Shown: positions 34,652 to 35,549 of the stretch, piece by piece
How positions within the stretch are numbered: the first letter of the stretch is position 1
Layout of the letters: each line of letters begins with the position of its first letter
Assembly: GCF_001194135.2 (NCBI RefSeq)
Contig: NC_069001.1
Location: forward strand, 19,505,213-19,540,761
Direction: 5' to 3'
Source: Octopus bimaculoides
Lineage: Eukaryota
Length of the DNA: 35,549 nucleotides
The notes under the pieces: model-generated
What the model was told of the DNA's origin: nothing
The model's input: only the letters and a program-made list of their open reading frames with translations
Databases searched by the model: none
Translations under genes and position numbers: made by a program

Positions 34652-35549
34652 TACATAATCTTACCAGTTGCCGAAAAAAGTGTCTAAAATCTATCGGTAT
34701 AAAATGCTGAAGTTCGATCTCGTTTCAAAACAAAGAAAAAAATAAATATATAAATAAATAAAAGTGATGAAGCTAGCATAAAATTCCCTCGAGAGTTCTG
34801 AAGGCAAGTAGCGTCAAAATACAAAAAAATAAGTAAAAATAACAACAGTAGCAGCAACAATAACAACAACAAAACCAGCATGTATGGTTAATTTTGAATA
34901 TATAGCATTACTTGAATTATTGAAGACAGCTCCTACCCAGTTTCTGCCTGTCAATACTTCTCTCTATCTTTTAGTACCAGTCCCAAGTTCTTTGTAATTG
35001 ACGTTGCTAAAGACTTAAAACATGGTTGAATAGATTCGACCGTTTGACCCCAGTCTAAAAATAAAGCCCCTTCAGAATTCTTTCAATACAAAACGACCAT
35101 TATTTGCTTGACCACTGCCTGGGTAAGTGCTTTTTTTTTCAACTCCAACCTTTAGTCTTGATTCACCTTTTCATTCAATCTTTACTTTCCTTTTTGTCTT
35201 TATTCCTCTCTATCTGCTCTTTTTATCCTTCTCTTGAGTTCCTTATGAAATAGTTTCCTTTACTTACAAATCATATCTTAAAGACGTAGTTTAGGCAGAA
35301 TGCCTTATATATAGACGACTTTCATTTTTTTTATCTTGCCTTAATTCTGTCATATTATTAATCAAAAGTCTTCTTGCCTATATATAAAATAGTATCTGCG
35401 TCATATCTGTTTCCGATAGTGTCCTGCTTTTTCGTTTTATATAGAAAACGTTGATTTAATTAGTTTGATAAGTGCCTCTGCACGAAACTCTCGAACCTTC
35501 AGTCACTATGTGACTTTCTCTGATGAATAAATCTATACTTATTGAGACT

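Noticed and set aside
34940-35549. Minus-strand text resembling a LINE linker (RKLFHKELKRRIKRADREE*)
   Set aside because: It is riddled with stops, has no diagnostic EN/RT motif, and its order relative to the putative EN fragment is inconsistent.

Overview
AT-rich eukaryotic (animal) genomic DNA with two assembly gaps. The repeat families look like those of Octopus (coleoid cephalopod); this is an inference from recalled repeat types. The backbone is the 5' half of a minus-strand UTP14 gene (SSU processome, U3 snoRNP-associated protein 14). I reconstructed eight GT-AG coding exons between 27206 and 2753; their phases join into a stop-free 239-codon ORF that continues left of the window. The introns are filled with transposon relics: a decayed autonomous Helitron (Pif1 helicase plus 3' end), a Tc1/mariner relic, an internally deleted Gypsy LTR element, RTE and CR1-clade LINE fragments, tRNA-derived SINEs, non-autonomous Helitron/Helentron-type elements and a piggyBac-like MITE. 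Most ORF-track entries are repeat or microsatellite artefacts. I found no convincing new biological system. The best leads are a fold-back Penelope-like element with a Gypsy nested in one arm, inverted repeat pairs around the start-codon exon, a SINE/LINE shared 3' tail, a possible 2.1-kb composite Helitron and an antisense spliced ORF relic.
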